Positions 10,349-20,100 of a DNA stretch of 64,000 nt are shown in pieces. The notes beneath the pieces were generated by a model that worked only from the letters and a program-made list of their open reading frames with translations, ran no database searches and was not told the DNA's origin. The stretch comes from Candidatus Thorarchaeota archaeon (lineage in GTDB: Archaea; Asgardarchaeota; Thorarchaeia; Thorarchaeales; Thorarchaeaceae). Position 1 is the first letter of the stretch; each line of letters begins with the position of its first letter. The position numbers and the translations under genes were made by a program. Location of the stretch: contig JBHIAE010000003.1 of the NCBI GenBank assembly GCA_046758445.1, forward strand, positions 1 through 64,000, read 5' to 3'.

Positions 10349-11925
10349 TGGAGGAGCAAAGAATGGCAACGACGATCAAAGCGAAAGTCTTCAGGTACAA
10401 TCCCGACCTTGACAATGAACCTTACTTCCAAGACTTCGATGTGGAATACGAGCCAGGGATGACCGTGCTTGACGCTCTTCTATACGTGCAGGACATGTAC
10501 GATTCCAGTCTTGCATTTCGGTGGGAATGCAGAGGTGGCCAGTGTGGGTCTTGTGCGGTGAAAGTGAATGGGACTGCCAGGATTGCATGCAGGACAAAGG
10601 TTGACCCTGATGAGAATCTCTTCATCGAGCCACTGGAGAAGATGCCTGTCATCAAGGACCTAGTAGTGGACATGGCCCAGGTGACCTTTCGACTCAGGCG
10701 CATTAGGCCCTACGTAGCTCGCGACAAGAAGCCCGAACGACCCGAGATAATTCACGCCGAGGAGATTGAGAAAGTCAGAGAGATTCGCAAGTGCATTGAA
10801 TGCAGCGCCTGCCTGTCAAACTGTCCGATTGTCCATGAAACGTGGGACTATCCAGGACCGATGATCATCCGTCAGATTGCACGACTCGAACTCGACCCGC
10901 GCGACGTCGAAGACCGTGTAGCTATGGCGATTAACGAGTCTGTATACAGCTGCACTACTTGCAAGATGTGCACGGACATCTGTCCGAAGAGAATCGACGT
11001 CCCTGCCCTGGCCGTTGAACTTCTCCGTGCCAAGGCTGTTGAGGCGGGCTATCCTCTAGCCCCTGGTCAGCAGGGCTTCATTGATTCGATAAAAGCAACC
11101 GGTAGGTCAGTCCCCGAGAAAGAGCCTCCTCTGCTGAGGGACATCAAGACCGCGGAATTTCTGGTGGACAAACCGCGTGGTCGAGTCGCCTTCTTCACAG
11201 GCTGTCTTATTGATTACAGGATGCAGAATACTGGTAAGGCACTGATCGATGTCCTGAACCGTAACAGTGTGGATGTTATTGTCCCAAAGGAGCAGTGGTG
11301 CTGTGCAAGCCCCGCCTTCAGGACAGGTGATCTGAGCACGGCCAAGGCTGCTGCCCGACGAGTCACTGAGATATTCGAGGAAACCGCAAAGAAGTATGAC
11401 CTTGACACCGTGGTAGTTGCGTGTGCTGGTTGTGGGAAGACCCTGCGTGAAGATCATCGCCCATTGATTGCGGAAGAGCGCGGTGAGCCTCCCAAATACA
11501 GTGTCTACGATCTGGCAGAGTATCTGATTCGAGTCGTTGGTAAGGAGAACATTGTCCCGCCCAAGGGTGAGATCAAGCTGAAGATCACGTACCACGAACC
11601 ATGTCACCTGGGTAGGGGTCAGCATGTATACGATGAGCCTGTCGAACTGCTCAAGATGATTCCTGGCGTAGAATACATCGAAGATCCGTATCGGAATCGA
11701 TGCTGCGGTGCAGGAGGCGGTGTCCGTGCAGGTCTACGGGAGCTGTCGCAGAAGATTGCCACTACAAAGAAGGAATACATCGAGGCCACGGGTGCGGAGA
11801 TGGTCACTACAGAGTGTCCCTTCTGCGCAATCCAGATTACGGACATCCTTGAGGAAACTGATATTCAGACTCGCTACATCCCCGACCTACTCGCAGAGTC
11901 CTACAGAACCGGCGATGCAGAGTAG
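10348..11925 (+). CDS. tfrB: Fumarate reductase Fe-S subunit fused to two CCG domains (TfrB-like)
   Basis: 2Fe-2S motif CRGGQCGSC, two 4Fe-4S motifs, FTGC/WCCAS and YHEPCHL/CCGAGGG CCG domains. Confidence 0.85.
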   Translation: MEEQRMATTIKAKVFRYNPDLDNEPYFQDFDVEYEPGMTVLDALLYVQDMYDSSLAFRWECRGGQCGSCAVKVNGTARIACRTKVDPDENLFIEPLEKMPVIKDLVVDMAQVTFRLRRIRPYVARDKKPERPEIIHAEEIEKVREIRKCIECSACLSNCPIVHETWDYPGPMIIRQIARLELDPRDVEDRVAMAINESVYSCTTCKMCTDICPKRIDVPALAVELLRAKAVEAGYPLAPGQQGFIDSIKATGRSVPEKEPPLLRDIKTAEFLVDKPRGRVAFFTGCLIDYRMQNTGKALIDVLNRNSVDVIVPKEQWCCASPAFRTGDLSTAKAAARRVTEIFEETAKKYDLDTVVVACAGCGKTLREDHRPLIAEERGEPPKYSVYDLAEYLIRVVGKENIVPPKGEIKLKITYHEPCHLGRGQHVYDEPVELLKMIPGVEYIEDPYRNRCCGAGGGVRAGLRELSQKIATTKKEYIEATGAEMVTTECPFCAIQITDILEETDIQTRYIPDLLAESYRTGDAE

Positions 11926-11963
11926 AGTCCTTGGTTTGGTTCTCTCCCCACCCCGTTTATTGT

Positions 11964-13232
11964 CTACCTTCCCCTGAGATACTGTCTTAGCATTCTATGG
12001 GTCTGAAGAGCGGCCAATGGGCTCTCAATCAATCCATAGTCCGCGAGTGACCAAACAGCATGAGTGAAGATGGTCACGTGTGACGCTCCCGGTGCTCCAT
12101 TGACCGTGGGCATTGCATATTGAGCAGCTCTGATAATTGGCCAGTCCCCCTTGGCAATGTCAGGGATCATTTCCTCAAACACATGTGAGTTCAAGTCCAT
12201 CATCTTGTCCCAATAGTCGGATGCGTTCTTGACCAACCAGAGCCTGACTCTGCCTGAGTCCGGCAGGTCTATTCCGCTAGGAAGTCTATCCCAGTCCGTT
12301 CCAAATCTTTCTCTAATGAGACTCTCAGTCGAGATCTGTGCTCGTGTCAAAGGTTGTCTGCCAACGTTCTTGCGAAGCCTCTCTAACAACCACTTGACCG
12401 CATCACTATGAACGTAACCTGTGTCGGCGGCAACAGCGATTCTGTGGGCAAAGATGCCGTTGTGACCAAGAATCCCATATTCAATCACCGCACTGGCAAA
12501 GAGGCTCTTGTGTCTCGTTAGAATTGTTGGGCCTGCTAGTCTGTCCATTTGGGTATCTACGCGGAATCCGTCTGGCTGTTTCTTCGACACCTTTCTTACA
12601 AGATACTCGGTCAAGTGCCACAGTGTAGCTTCGTATGGGAGCTTGAAGTCAAAGTGAGGGAGTTCAAAGAGGAGTGATATCGGCATGATGAACGCATGCC
12701 CCAAGTTGTCAGCATCTTCTGCACCCAGAGATGCTGTCATCCGTCGAAGTCTAATCGGATCATCTGTACTGCCCAGCTGAAGGGCAGCTTTCAAAGCCCC
12801 GATTTGAAACTGCTCTCTGACTGACTGTGCGTAGTCGCGCATTGTGCTGTCCAGAGAACCGAGCTGAGTGGTGACTTTGTACCTTGGACCCTTGTTTCTG
12901 GCCCAGTGGTCTATCACTGCCAAATGGAGGGCCACTCTCTCGAAGAGGGCTCTCTGAAGTGGTTCTCTGAGTTCATCGGGCACTTTTATCGATGGGCTCT
13001 CAGGCTCTTCCGCAAGGAGGTCTGGATTGTACCCGAGTTCCTCTATCATCCGATGAACTGAGTAGGTCAAGATTGTGGAATGAGGTGTGTCAAAAGTACG
13101 TTGTTCATGCCAAGCGGCGGCATGCATTAATATAGCCCACATTGCTGAAGGCCTAGTATTTGATATCATCTCACTCGCTTTTGATAGTGCCTCAGGTCCG
13201 TTTCCCTCCAGACAGGACTGAAAGAGTGTCAT
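11964..13232 (-). CDS. Hypothetical alpha-helical protein with four repeated H-x-x-I motifs
   Basis: 422-aa ORF with motifs PHSTI, GHAFI, GHNGI, SHVTI. Confidence 0.7.
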   Translation of the reverse strand: MTLFQSCLEGNGPEALSKASEMISNTRPSAMWAILMHAAAWHEQRTFDTPHSTILTYSVHRMIEELGYNPDLLAEEPESPSIKVPDELREPLQRALFERVALHLAVIDHWARNKGPRYKVTTQLGSLDSTMRDYAQSVREQFQIGALKAALQLGSTDDPIRLRRMTASLGAEDADNLGHAFIMPISLLFELPHFDFKLPYEATLWHLTEYLVRKVSKKQPDGFRVDTQMDRLAGPTILTRHKSLFASAVIEYGILGHNGIFAHRIAVAADTGYVHSDAVKWLLERLRKNVGRQPLTRAQISTESLIRERFGTDWDRLPSGIDLPDSGRVRLWLVKNASDYWDKMMDLNSHVFEEMIPDIAKGDWPIIRAAQYAMPTVNGAPGASHVTIFTHAVWSLADYGLIESPLAALQTHRMLRQYLRGR

Positions 13233-13356
13233 GCGTGGTCGCCTCGCCAGAACTCTGTTTCAGGTATCAAGCTTTGAAGCATCTTAACCTTTCAGGAATA
13301 CGATTCCGTCAAAGAGGGTCCGTGAAGCGTCATGATATTGGACCATGAACCGGTCA

Positions 13357-13881
13357 CTATGAAACTATGAATGACTCACGACACATTGTACAAGTTATAG
13401 TTTCTCCCTTTACTCCAATGCGGTTCAGGTCACTCTTGCAATATGGACATACATTGATCGTCTTGGGTGGCGGGCCAGTACCTGTACCTAAGATGAAGTC
13501 CCCAGCATCATGGTCGATTCTACCGGACAACTCTCGACCATCTAGCAGGTCACTCAATATACGGCTCACGTTCATGGCGCTGACACCGGCATCCTGTGCG
13601 ATACGCTCTATCGGAATTCGGCGCATGGCCTGAACTGTCTTTTTCACTGCGGTGACAGGGTCTGTCATAGCTGGCTTGGGAGGGGGTGGAGACTTGAGAG
13701 CTTCACGTGCTTCTGCTAGGTCCGTTGGCACGCCCCCCGCTGCAAGAAGATTCGACCTCAGCTCTGCTATTCTCTGGTTGTACTCATTCTCTGAAACCAG
13801 ACCGCGCATATAGTCAAGATTCAGGTCCTTGATGGCTGTTTCGATTCTCTTGATTTCCTCAGGATCACTCATGAGTTCCAT
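13357..13881 (-). CDS. Protein with SHOCT-like N-terminus, PCI-like winged helix and C-terminal zinc ribbon
   Basis: L.LDYMRGLVSENEY, IPIERIA...V.RILSDLL...LSGRID, CPYC-x14-CTMC. Start is likely ATG 13881 or 13872 after GGAG. Confidence 0.65.
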   Translation of the reverse strand: MELMSDPEEIKRIETAIKDLNLDYMRGLVSENEYNQRIAELRSNLLAAGGVPTDLAEAREALKSPPPPKPAMTDPVTAVKKTVQAMRRIPIERIAQDAGVSAMNVSRILSDLLDGRELSGRIDHDAGDFILGTGTGPPPKTINVCPYCKSDLNRIGVKGETITCTMCRESFIVS

Positions 13882-14024
13882 GTCTCCGATGGGGGCGTCT
13901 ACCACTGGTAGTAACTCGCCAATATAAGCGGAGCGTCTTTGAATACCTCTTCGCTTTAGCTCATATCTTGCTAGGAGAAGTGGCACAAGTATGAGTCTTC
14001 AGGACTAAGTAGGGCCCTTTGAAT

Positions 14025-14636
14025 CTACAGGCGCACTCCTTCAGGAAGTTCATCGAGCAAGAGCCCCTCTGCCTTATTCACTGCCTTGAGGGCCTTTCTT
14101 CCTCCTATGTTCTCTAATGCTCCAGCAACTGTCTGTCTTACAAAGAGCGACTCATCATGTAGAGCCCCTATCAAAGAATCAATGGCAGCCTTGTCCCGAC
14201 GCTCACCTAGTTGCACTGCAGCGTAGATGCGAACCATGTATCTTGAATCATTGAGGCAACCGATTAGGTGCGACGTAGCTCTTGGATCCTTCATTTGACC
14301 TAGACGATCAATAGCGCCGAGTGAAATCTGTTCATCATCACTCCGGAGCTCCACCAGTAACTCATCAATCATTGGGGAAACCTTTGCTGATTGTCGTTTT
14401 GTGACCTTCCTTGAAGTGGTTGCTCTCTTCTTCTTTGGCGCAGTAGTCTTCCTTGATTTGGCCTTTGGTTTCTTCACTCCAGCTTTGACAGACTTCTTCT
14501 TCCTAGCAGCGCTCTTAGTGTCTTTCTTGGATTCTGAGGACTCCTTCCTCTTCTTTGGCTTGCTGCTCTTCCCCGATTTTCCGGAGGTTCTAGACACTGT
14601 TCTGACTCTCCACGATTGGCCAATTGAGCTGCTCAC
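14025..14636 (-). CDS. HEAT/PBS-lyase repeat protein with long Lys-rich N-terminus
   Basis: About 80 aa K/S/R-rich tail, then three L.D...VR..AA..LG repeats. Confidence 0.8.
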   Translation of the reverse strand: MSSSIGQSWRVRTVSRTSGKSGKSSKPKKRKESSESKKDTKSAARKKKSVKAGVKKPKAKSRKTTAPKKKRATTSRKVTKRQSAKVSPMIDELLVELRSDDEQISLGAIDRLGQMKDPRATSHLIGCLNDSRYMVRIYAAVQLGERRDKAAIDSLIGALHDESLFVRQTVAGALENIGGRKALKAVNKAEGLLLDELPEGVRL

Positions 14637-14734
14637 TAGTCAAATCTGTCCGTATTAATGGTTTTCACCAGCCCTACCACAACAAAAACAACTTAACGCG
14701 CTCTAGAGCACGCTCTATTGAGGAATATCCCAGG

Positions 14735-15121
14735 ATGCATGAGTTCTCAGCAGCATGTTCGATTATTGACGCTGCCCTTCAAGCCGCAAAGAACCACAAT
14801 ATCAAGAAGATTACTAAGGTCAACATAGAGGTGGGAGAGTTCACCTTCTTAATACCTGAACAACTTGAGTTCAACTTTGAGATTGCCAGTCAAAAGACGA
14901 TGCTTGAGGGTGCTAAGCTGAGCATCACGCTGATGCCGGGACAGATAAGGTGCATCGACTGTGGATTCGAGGGTGATGCCCGGGGCGAGGAAGACCTACC
15001 ACCACAGGTTGCCATGTTTGCGCCGATGAAGTGTCCCAATTGTGACAGCAGTGCAACAACCATAACTGGTGGCAAGGACTTTGTCATAAGCAATATTGAG
15101 GTAGAGATTGCTACCTCCTAA
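14735..15121 (+). CDS. hypA: Hydrogenase nickel metallochaperone HypA
   Basis: MHEFS N-terminus (ATG 14735), CIDC...CPNC, G.DF.I..IE. Confidence 0.93.
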   Translation: MHEFSAACSIIDAALQAAKNHNIKKITKVNIEVGEFTFLIPEQLEFNFEIASQKTMLEGAKLSITLMPGQIRCIDCGFEGDARGEEDLPPQVAMFAPMKCPNCDSSATTITGGKDFVISNIEVEIATS

Positions 15122-15149
15122 TGTGACCTGTCGTGAGAACTAGAAGAAT

Positions 15150-15527
15150 CTAGATGAGAACAGCATTGAGAATGCCATCCTGTCCGGGCCGACTAGTGAC
15201 CATGGCACGACCCTTGGCAGTCTTGATTATTGTACCTCGAGTGATGACTTTTCGTCGCTGATAGTCCATGTTGGCAGGATTGGTCTCTACATCTTGAATC
15301 TCGACACGGAACGTCTGGTTCTTCTTTGGGTCTGTGACATTCACCATAGTGACCCGAAGCACGGGTACCTTCCTGCTATTGCCCTTACTTACAATGGTCT
15401 TTCTCTTGGTGTCACCCATAACGGTTTCAGTTGGAGTACGGCCCAGTTCGTACTTTCTCTTGCTCCGGAAACGCTTCAGTCGCGCTCCGCTCTCCGTTCG
15501 GGTTGATCTTCTATGCCAAACGCCCAT
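15150..15527 (-). CDS. rps8e: 30S ribosomal protein S8e
   Basis: KRKYELGR, RRKVITRGTII, VTSRPGQDGILNAVL. Confidence 0.96.
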   Translation of the reverse strand: MGVWHRRSTRTESGARLKRFRSKRKYELGRTPTETVMGDTKRKTIVSKGNSRKVPVLRVTMVNVTDPKKNQTFRVEIQDVETNPANMDYQRRKVITRGTIIKTAKGRAMVTSRPGQDGILNAVLI

Positions 15528-15548
15528 TTCTGACTACCTCTTGGTTGG

Positions 15549-15712
15549 GTCACTGATAGCACATTCAGAGGTTGCTGCTCCAAGGCGAAGTTTGCGCAGC
15601 TGCAACAAAGCTCAGGGTATCCAAGTGTAGTTTGATAGGAGCTTGAGTACTTCTGTCAGTGACTATGCATTAGGCCCAGTGCCGTTCCTGGGCGGACAGG
15701 ACAATTGTGTCC
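15549..15712. ncRNA. Candidate structured RNA between scpB and rps8e (leader or sRNA)
   Basis: GTCACTGA/TCAGTGAC outer stem enclosing two hairpins, plus two further small hairpins. Confidence 0.35.
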
Positions 15713-15829
15713 AGAATGTCCATCTCACAATGAACGGTCACAGACGCACTCTGCAGAGTGGTTTTAAATCTTGCTTACTGGCGAAGTTCAGAATGGCACT
15801 CGTTCCATTAGTCCCACTGCATAGACAGG

Positions 15830-16393
15830 CTAGAGCAAATCTATCTCTGGTTGTGCCTCAGCCTGACTCTGTTCCTCCAGAATGCGTTTCATCTTGAATC
15901 GAAGCTGTGCCTTCATCCTGACCTTGTCATGGTCGAGGCCGAAATAGTCTGCAAAAAGGTTGGTGGTCTTCAGAAGTTTCGTGCGACCTTCAGGTATTGC
16001 TTCTATGAACTTCTTCTCCACAAGCTCCTTGATATGGTCGTAGCAGTGTGTTCCTCTATCAGCCACAAGCTCCGATTGAAGAATTGGCTGCTTGAGAGCG
16101 ACATACACCAGAGTCTGAAGTGTTCCAAAGGACAAGAGTCCGCCGGGAATGAGTTTGGCGACGTGTGGGGTCAGCTCAGGTTTAAGCTGTAAGACGTATC
16201 TCTCGCGAGGAAGTTCGACGACCTCGAGTGCTCCACCACGTTTGCTGTAGTGCCTACCGAGCTCCTCAAGGAGCATTCTTGTAGAAGACTCTGCCTTGCC
16301 GATAATGCCAGCAAGTTCCTCTATAGCGATTGGCCTACCTACAACATAGAGAGCAGCTTCGAGCTTAACCAGGTCCTCGTCCACTACTATCAC
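15830..16393 (-). CDS. scpB: Segregation and condensation protein B (kite)
   Basis: LEAALY, LQTL..VA.KQPI, RG...YDHIKEL, TT..FADYFG. Confidence 0.92.
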   Translation of the reverse strand: MIVVDEDLVKLEAALYVVGRPIAIEELAGIIGKAESSTRMLLEELGRHYSKRGGALEVVELPRERYVLQLKPELTPHVAKLIPGGLLSFGTLQTLVYVALKQPILQSELVADRGTHCYDHIKELVEKKFIEAIPEGRTKLLKTTNLFADYFGLDHDKVRMKAQLRFKMKRILEEQSQAEAQPEIDLL

Positions 16394-17110
16394 CTATCTC
16401 TCAATGGCAGGCTCGACTTCTTCGGAGAGCTCCTCATCTTCCTCCGGAGTGGGTGGAGGCAGCATCTTCACCCAAATCACTTGCTTCTCGTCCATCCAGA
16501 TGTCGATGAATGCTCTGGCATAAAGATGTAGCAGAGCAAACAAGACACGGACTATCTCTCTTCTGGTGTTATTCATTAGGATGTCCACGAACTTGGCGGT
16601 TTCATCGATCTGCATGATCTTGGAGAGGTCATCAAAGACCTCAGCAATGTTCTCCTCCACGTCTGCCCTTGTAGCCTCCACTTGGAAGGAAAGTGGGTCT
16701 GCTCTGGACCTGTATCTCTTCCTCCTCGGAGTTGGACGCCGACGAACGCCCTTGCTGAGCACCCTATCCATAGCTATCAGTAGCTCTTCAAGGGTGACTC
16801 GTTGATTGCTGATCCTGAATGGTGGTCGAATCAGAGGGATAACAAGCTCTTCGTCCTTGTCTTCATCTGGTGGGAGGAGTCCCAGCTCAATGAGCTCCCT
16901 CGTCTTCTTCATGAATATTACAGAGGCTGAATACAGTGCACTCCCTGAGATCCGAAAGTCGATGTCCCCCAGGCGTCTCATCTCACGGAGGAATCCGGAC
17001 ACGAGCTTACCGATGTCGACATTCCATGGTTGAACCTTGTCTAGCTGAAGCACATCAGTGAGCAGAATATAGGGTGGTGCGGCCCAGAAAGGAGATCTCT
17101 CATCGTTCAT
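16394..17110 (-). CDS. scpA: Segregation and condensation protein A (kleisin)
   Basis: PWNVDI..L, DFRISG.AL..AS, VTLEEL..A, F.ALL.L; lies between smc and scpB. Confidence 0.88.
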   Translation of the reverse strand: MNDERSPFWAAPPYILLTDVLQLDKVQPWNVDIGKLVSGFLREMRRLGDIDFRISGSALYSASVIFMKKTRELIELGLLPPDEDKDEELVIPLIRPPFRISNQRVTLEELLIAMDRVLSKGVRRRPTPRRKRYRSRADPLSFQVEATRADVEENIAEVFDDLSKIMQIDETAKFVDILMNNTRREIVRVLFALLHLYARAFIDIWMDEKQVIWVKMLPPPTPEEDEELSEEVEPAIER

Positions 17111-20100
17111 GCCGTCGATGCCACCTCCTCTAGATCCACTGACACGATTCTGGAGATGCCGTCCTGATTGGACACTCCAATCAGAAGGTCTGCCTTTCGC
17201 ACAGTCGTGTCTCTCAGAGAAACTACTATGAACTGTGATGACATCGACATCTCTGAGATCAAGTTTGCTACATTGTGAGCATTGACATCATCCAGAGCTG
17301 CATCAATCTCATCCAAGACGTAGAAGCTTGCAGGACTATACATCTGGACTGCAAAAATGAGCGCGAGTCCAGTCAAGGTCTTCTCTCCACCACTCATTGC
17401 ATCCAATGTCACCAGCTCCTTGCCTTGTGGCTTAGACCTGACAGTGATTCCGCCCATCAACGGATGCTCAGGGCTCTCTAGCATCAATGTTGCCTCTCCA
17501 CCCGGGGAGAGCTTGGCAAACACCTTTGCGAAGTTGTCCGCTATGTCATTGTAGACCTGCAGAAACTTGCGAGTCTTCTCGGCCTCAATCTCCTCCATGA
17601 AGGCTAGTATCTCTTTATGCTCTTCCTCTAGTGCCGTCTTCTTATCGACAATCTCCTCGTACCTCTCCTTCTCAAGGTCATAGTCAGTCAGTGCCTTGAG
17701 ATTCACAGGGCCGAGGGCCTCAAGCTCTCTCTCGAACTCCTTGATCTTGTCATCGAAGGCATCGATCTCCTTGTAGGTGAGTTCTCTCTCTTGTGTCCGC
17801 TTGGCGAGCTCCTCACTGGAGTCCGCTAGTTGACCGAGTTCTGCGGTGAGTCCTACTATGTCAGTTTCAAGGCGTGAAAACTCTGTCTGAAGACGGTAGA
17901 CTGCTTTCTCATTTGCAGTCTGCTCTTCTCTTATCTCCTCGTGACGCAGTCTTAAGTTACGAAGTTTCTCCTTCAATTCTAGTTGATATACCCGCTTGTC
18001 CTTGACAGCCTCTTCAATTCTCTCCCTCTCCTCCTTGAGTTTGACAAAGTCCTCCTCCTTCCCAGTCAACTGCTCCTGCAGGAGTTTCACCTCATCCTCC
18101 AAACCTGGGAGGACAGTATTGATTGTCTGGAGGCGTTGCTCAAGCTCGACAAGTTTGGGCTTCAGTCTCTCATCCATTGCAACCTTCAAAGAGGTTATTT
18201 CGCTTGTGAGTGCCTCCCGTTCTTTCTTGTGGTGCTCTAGCACCTCTTTGAGATCCTTCAGATACTGGCTGAGCTTGGCGGTGTCTGACTTTGCAAGTGT
18301 TTCATTTGCATCATCACGCTGGCTCCTCACTGTTTCCCTGTGTGCGGTGAGCTCATCGTCCCGTTCTCTCAGGCTTTCAATCTGACTCTCCAGCTCGCCA
18401 GTGGTCAGTTGTGCCTTGTTGATCTTCTCTTTCAAAAGTCCCGTCCTGTTCTCCTTCTCCTCAAGACGTTCCTCAAGACCCTCAAGCTCCAGTCTTGCCC
18501 TATAGTTGCTCCTGGACAGTCCCTGAAGTTCAAGGTCAATCTTGTTCTTCTTTGTACGGAGTTCTTCCTGCTGTGCGACGAGCCCAGCGAGTATCTCCTC
18601 AAGACCCTGAAGCTTCCTCTCGATTTCAGGACTTGTGTCTTCTACCTGTAGTGAGAGCCCCGTCATGCCCTTGTAGTAGTGGCCTCCTGTGATTAGACCA
18701 GAACGCTCAACAAGGTCCCCCTCGAGCGACACCGATCTCCATCCCTTGAAGCCGATGGTCTTGGCGGTCTCGAAGTCCTCCGTGACAACAGTGTCTGAGA
18801 ACACGAACTCGAATGCCGGGCGCATTTTGGAGTCAAACTCGACCAAGTCTATGGCAAGACCGATTATTCCTTTGCCTTCGGGAACCTTCTTCGCTCGCTT
18901 GGTGCTGATTCTGTTTAGCGGAATGAAGGAGGCACGTCCTACCTTCTCAATCTTCAGGACATTGACACATTTCGTAGCGACCTCATCTTCTTCCACCACG
19001 ATATGTGAGAGTCTATTGCCTCCGGCCACCTCCATGGCCGTCGCATACTCGGGGTCTATCTTTCCAAGTTCGGCTACCGTGCCAAAAATGCCGCCTATGG
19101 TTCCTGAGTCTCGAAGTTCGAGAACCCTGGCGATTGCGCGTCTTCTCTTCAGAAAGGCCTCTTCTGCATCTCGAAGGGCATCCTGTCTTGCTTGAACGCG
19201 AATAAACTCCTCTCTTGTGTCCTTGACAATCTTGGCTGTTTCCGCCACCTCTGCGTCCACAGTCTTCAGACGATCCTCGATTCGCTCAACTTCGTTCTGG
19301 CTGCCCTCTTCCTTTTCTTCAGACTTTTGGAGTCTCTCTCGTTTGACGGGGATAATTCGTCTAAGCTCTGAGAGCTCATCATCTGTCTTTTCAAGTAGTT
19401 CGCTGGAATCACGCAGTTCTTCATACAACATACCGAGTTCTTTGCCGTCTGTCTTGATTGCTGAGCGGACCTCTGACACACCCTCGTCGAGCGCTCTCAT
19501 CTGATTGTTGAGGTCCTGGAGACGTTGTGTCATCTCAAATGTTTCAGCCTGTTCCTTCTCGATTTTGTCTTCTAGGGACGCCATCTTGTTTGTGCAACTC
19601 ACAATCTCCTCGTCAAGTCTGGAAAGTTCCTGTATCTTCTCATCAGTCAGGGCGCCAGAGCCACTGACCTGACCCTCAATTGACTGGATCTCCACCTCTA
19701 TTGACTCACGGTCTGCCAGGCTCTTCTCATACTCTATTCTTACACGCTCGAGATCACCCCTCGCATGGTCTACTGCAGCGGACACAATTCCGTATTGCTC
19801 TGAAACTCTCGCAGAGTCGCCGCCCGTGATAGTGTCAATCTCTTGGTCTATACCTTCTATCTCCGCGTCCGCATTTCTGGTCCCTTCTTCGACTTCGACC
19901 AGTTCTCTGCTAAGCCTCTCCGCTTCCTCTGTTCTTTCTGCAAGGGTCTCGTGAATAGTTTCAATCCTACTCTTTCCCTTGATGGTTCGCCATGCCAGGC
20001 TATCAATCCTCACGCTCTTAATCTGGTCGTTGAGTTTTTGATGGCGCAGGGCATCCCCTCTCTCTTCCTCAAGTTTCTCAAGTTGACGACGTCGCTCCTG

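Noticed and set aside
15530-15830. SRP (7S) RNA
   Set aside because: The length fits, but there is no helix-8 CAGG-x3-GNRA-x3-AGCA motif on either strand
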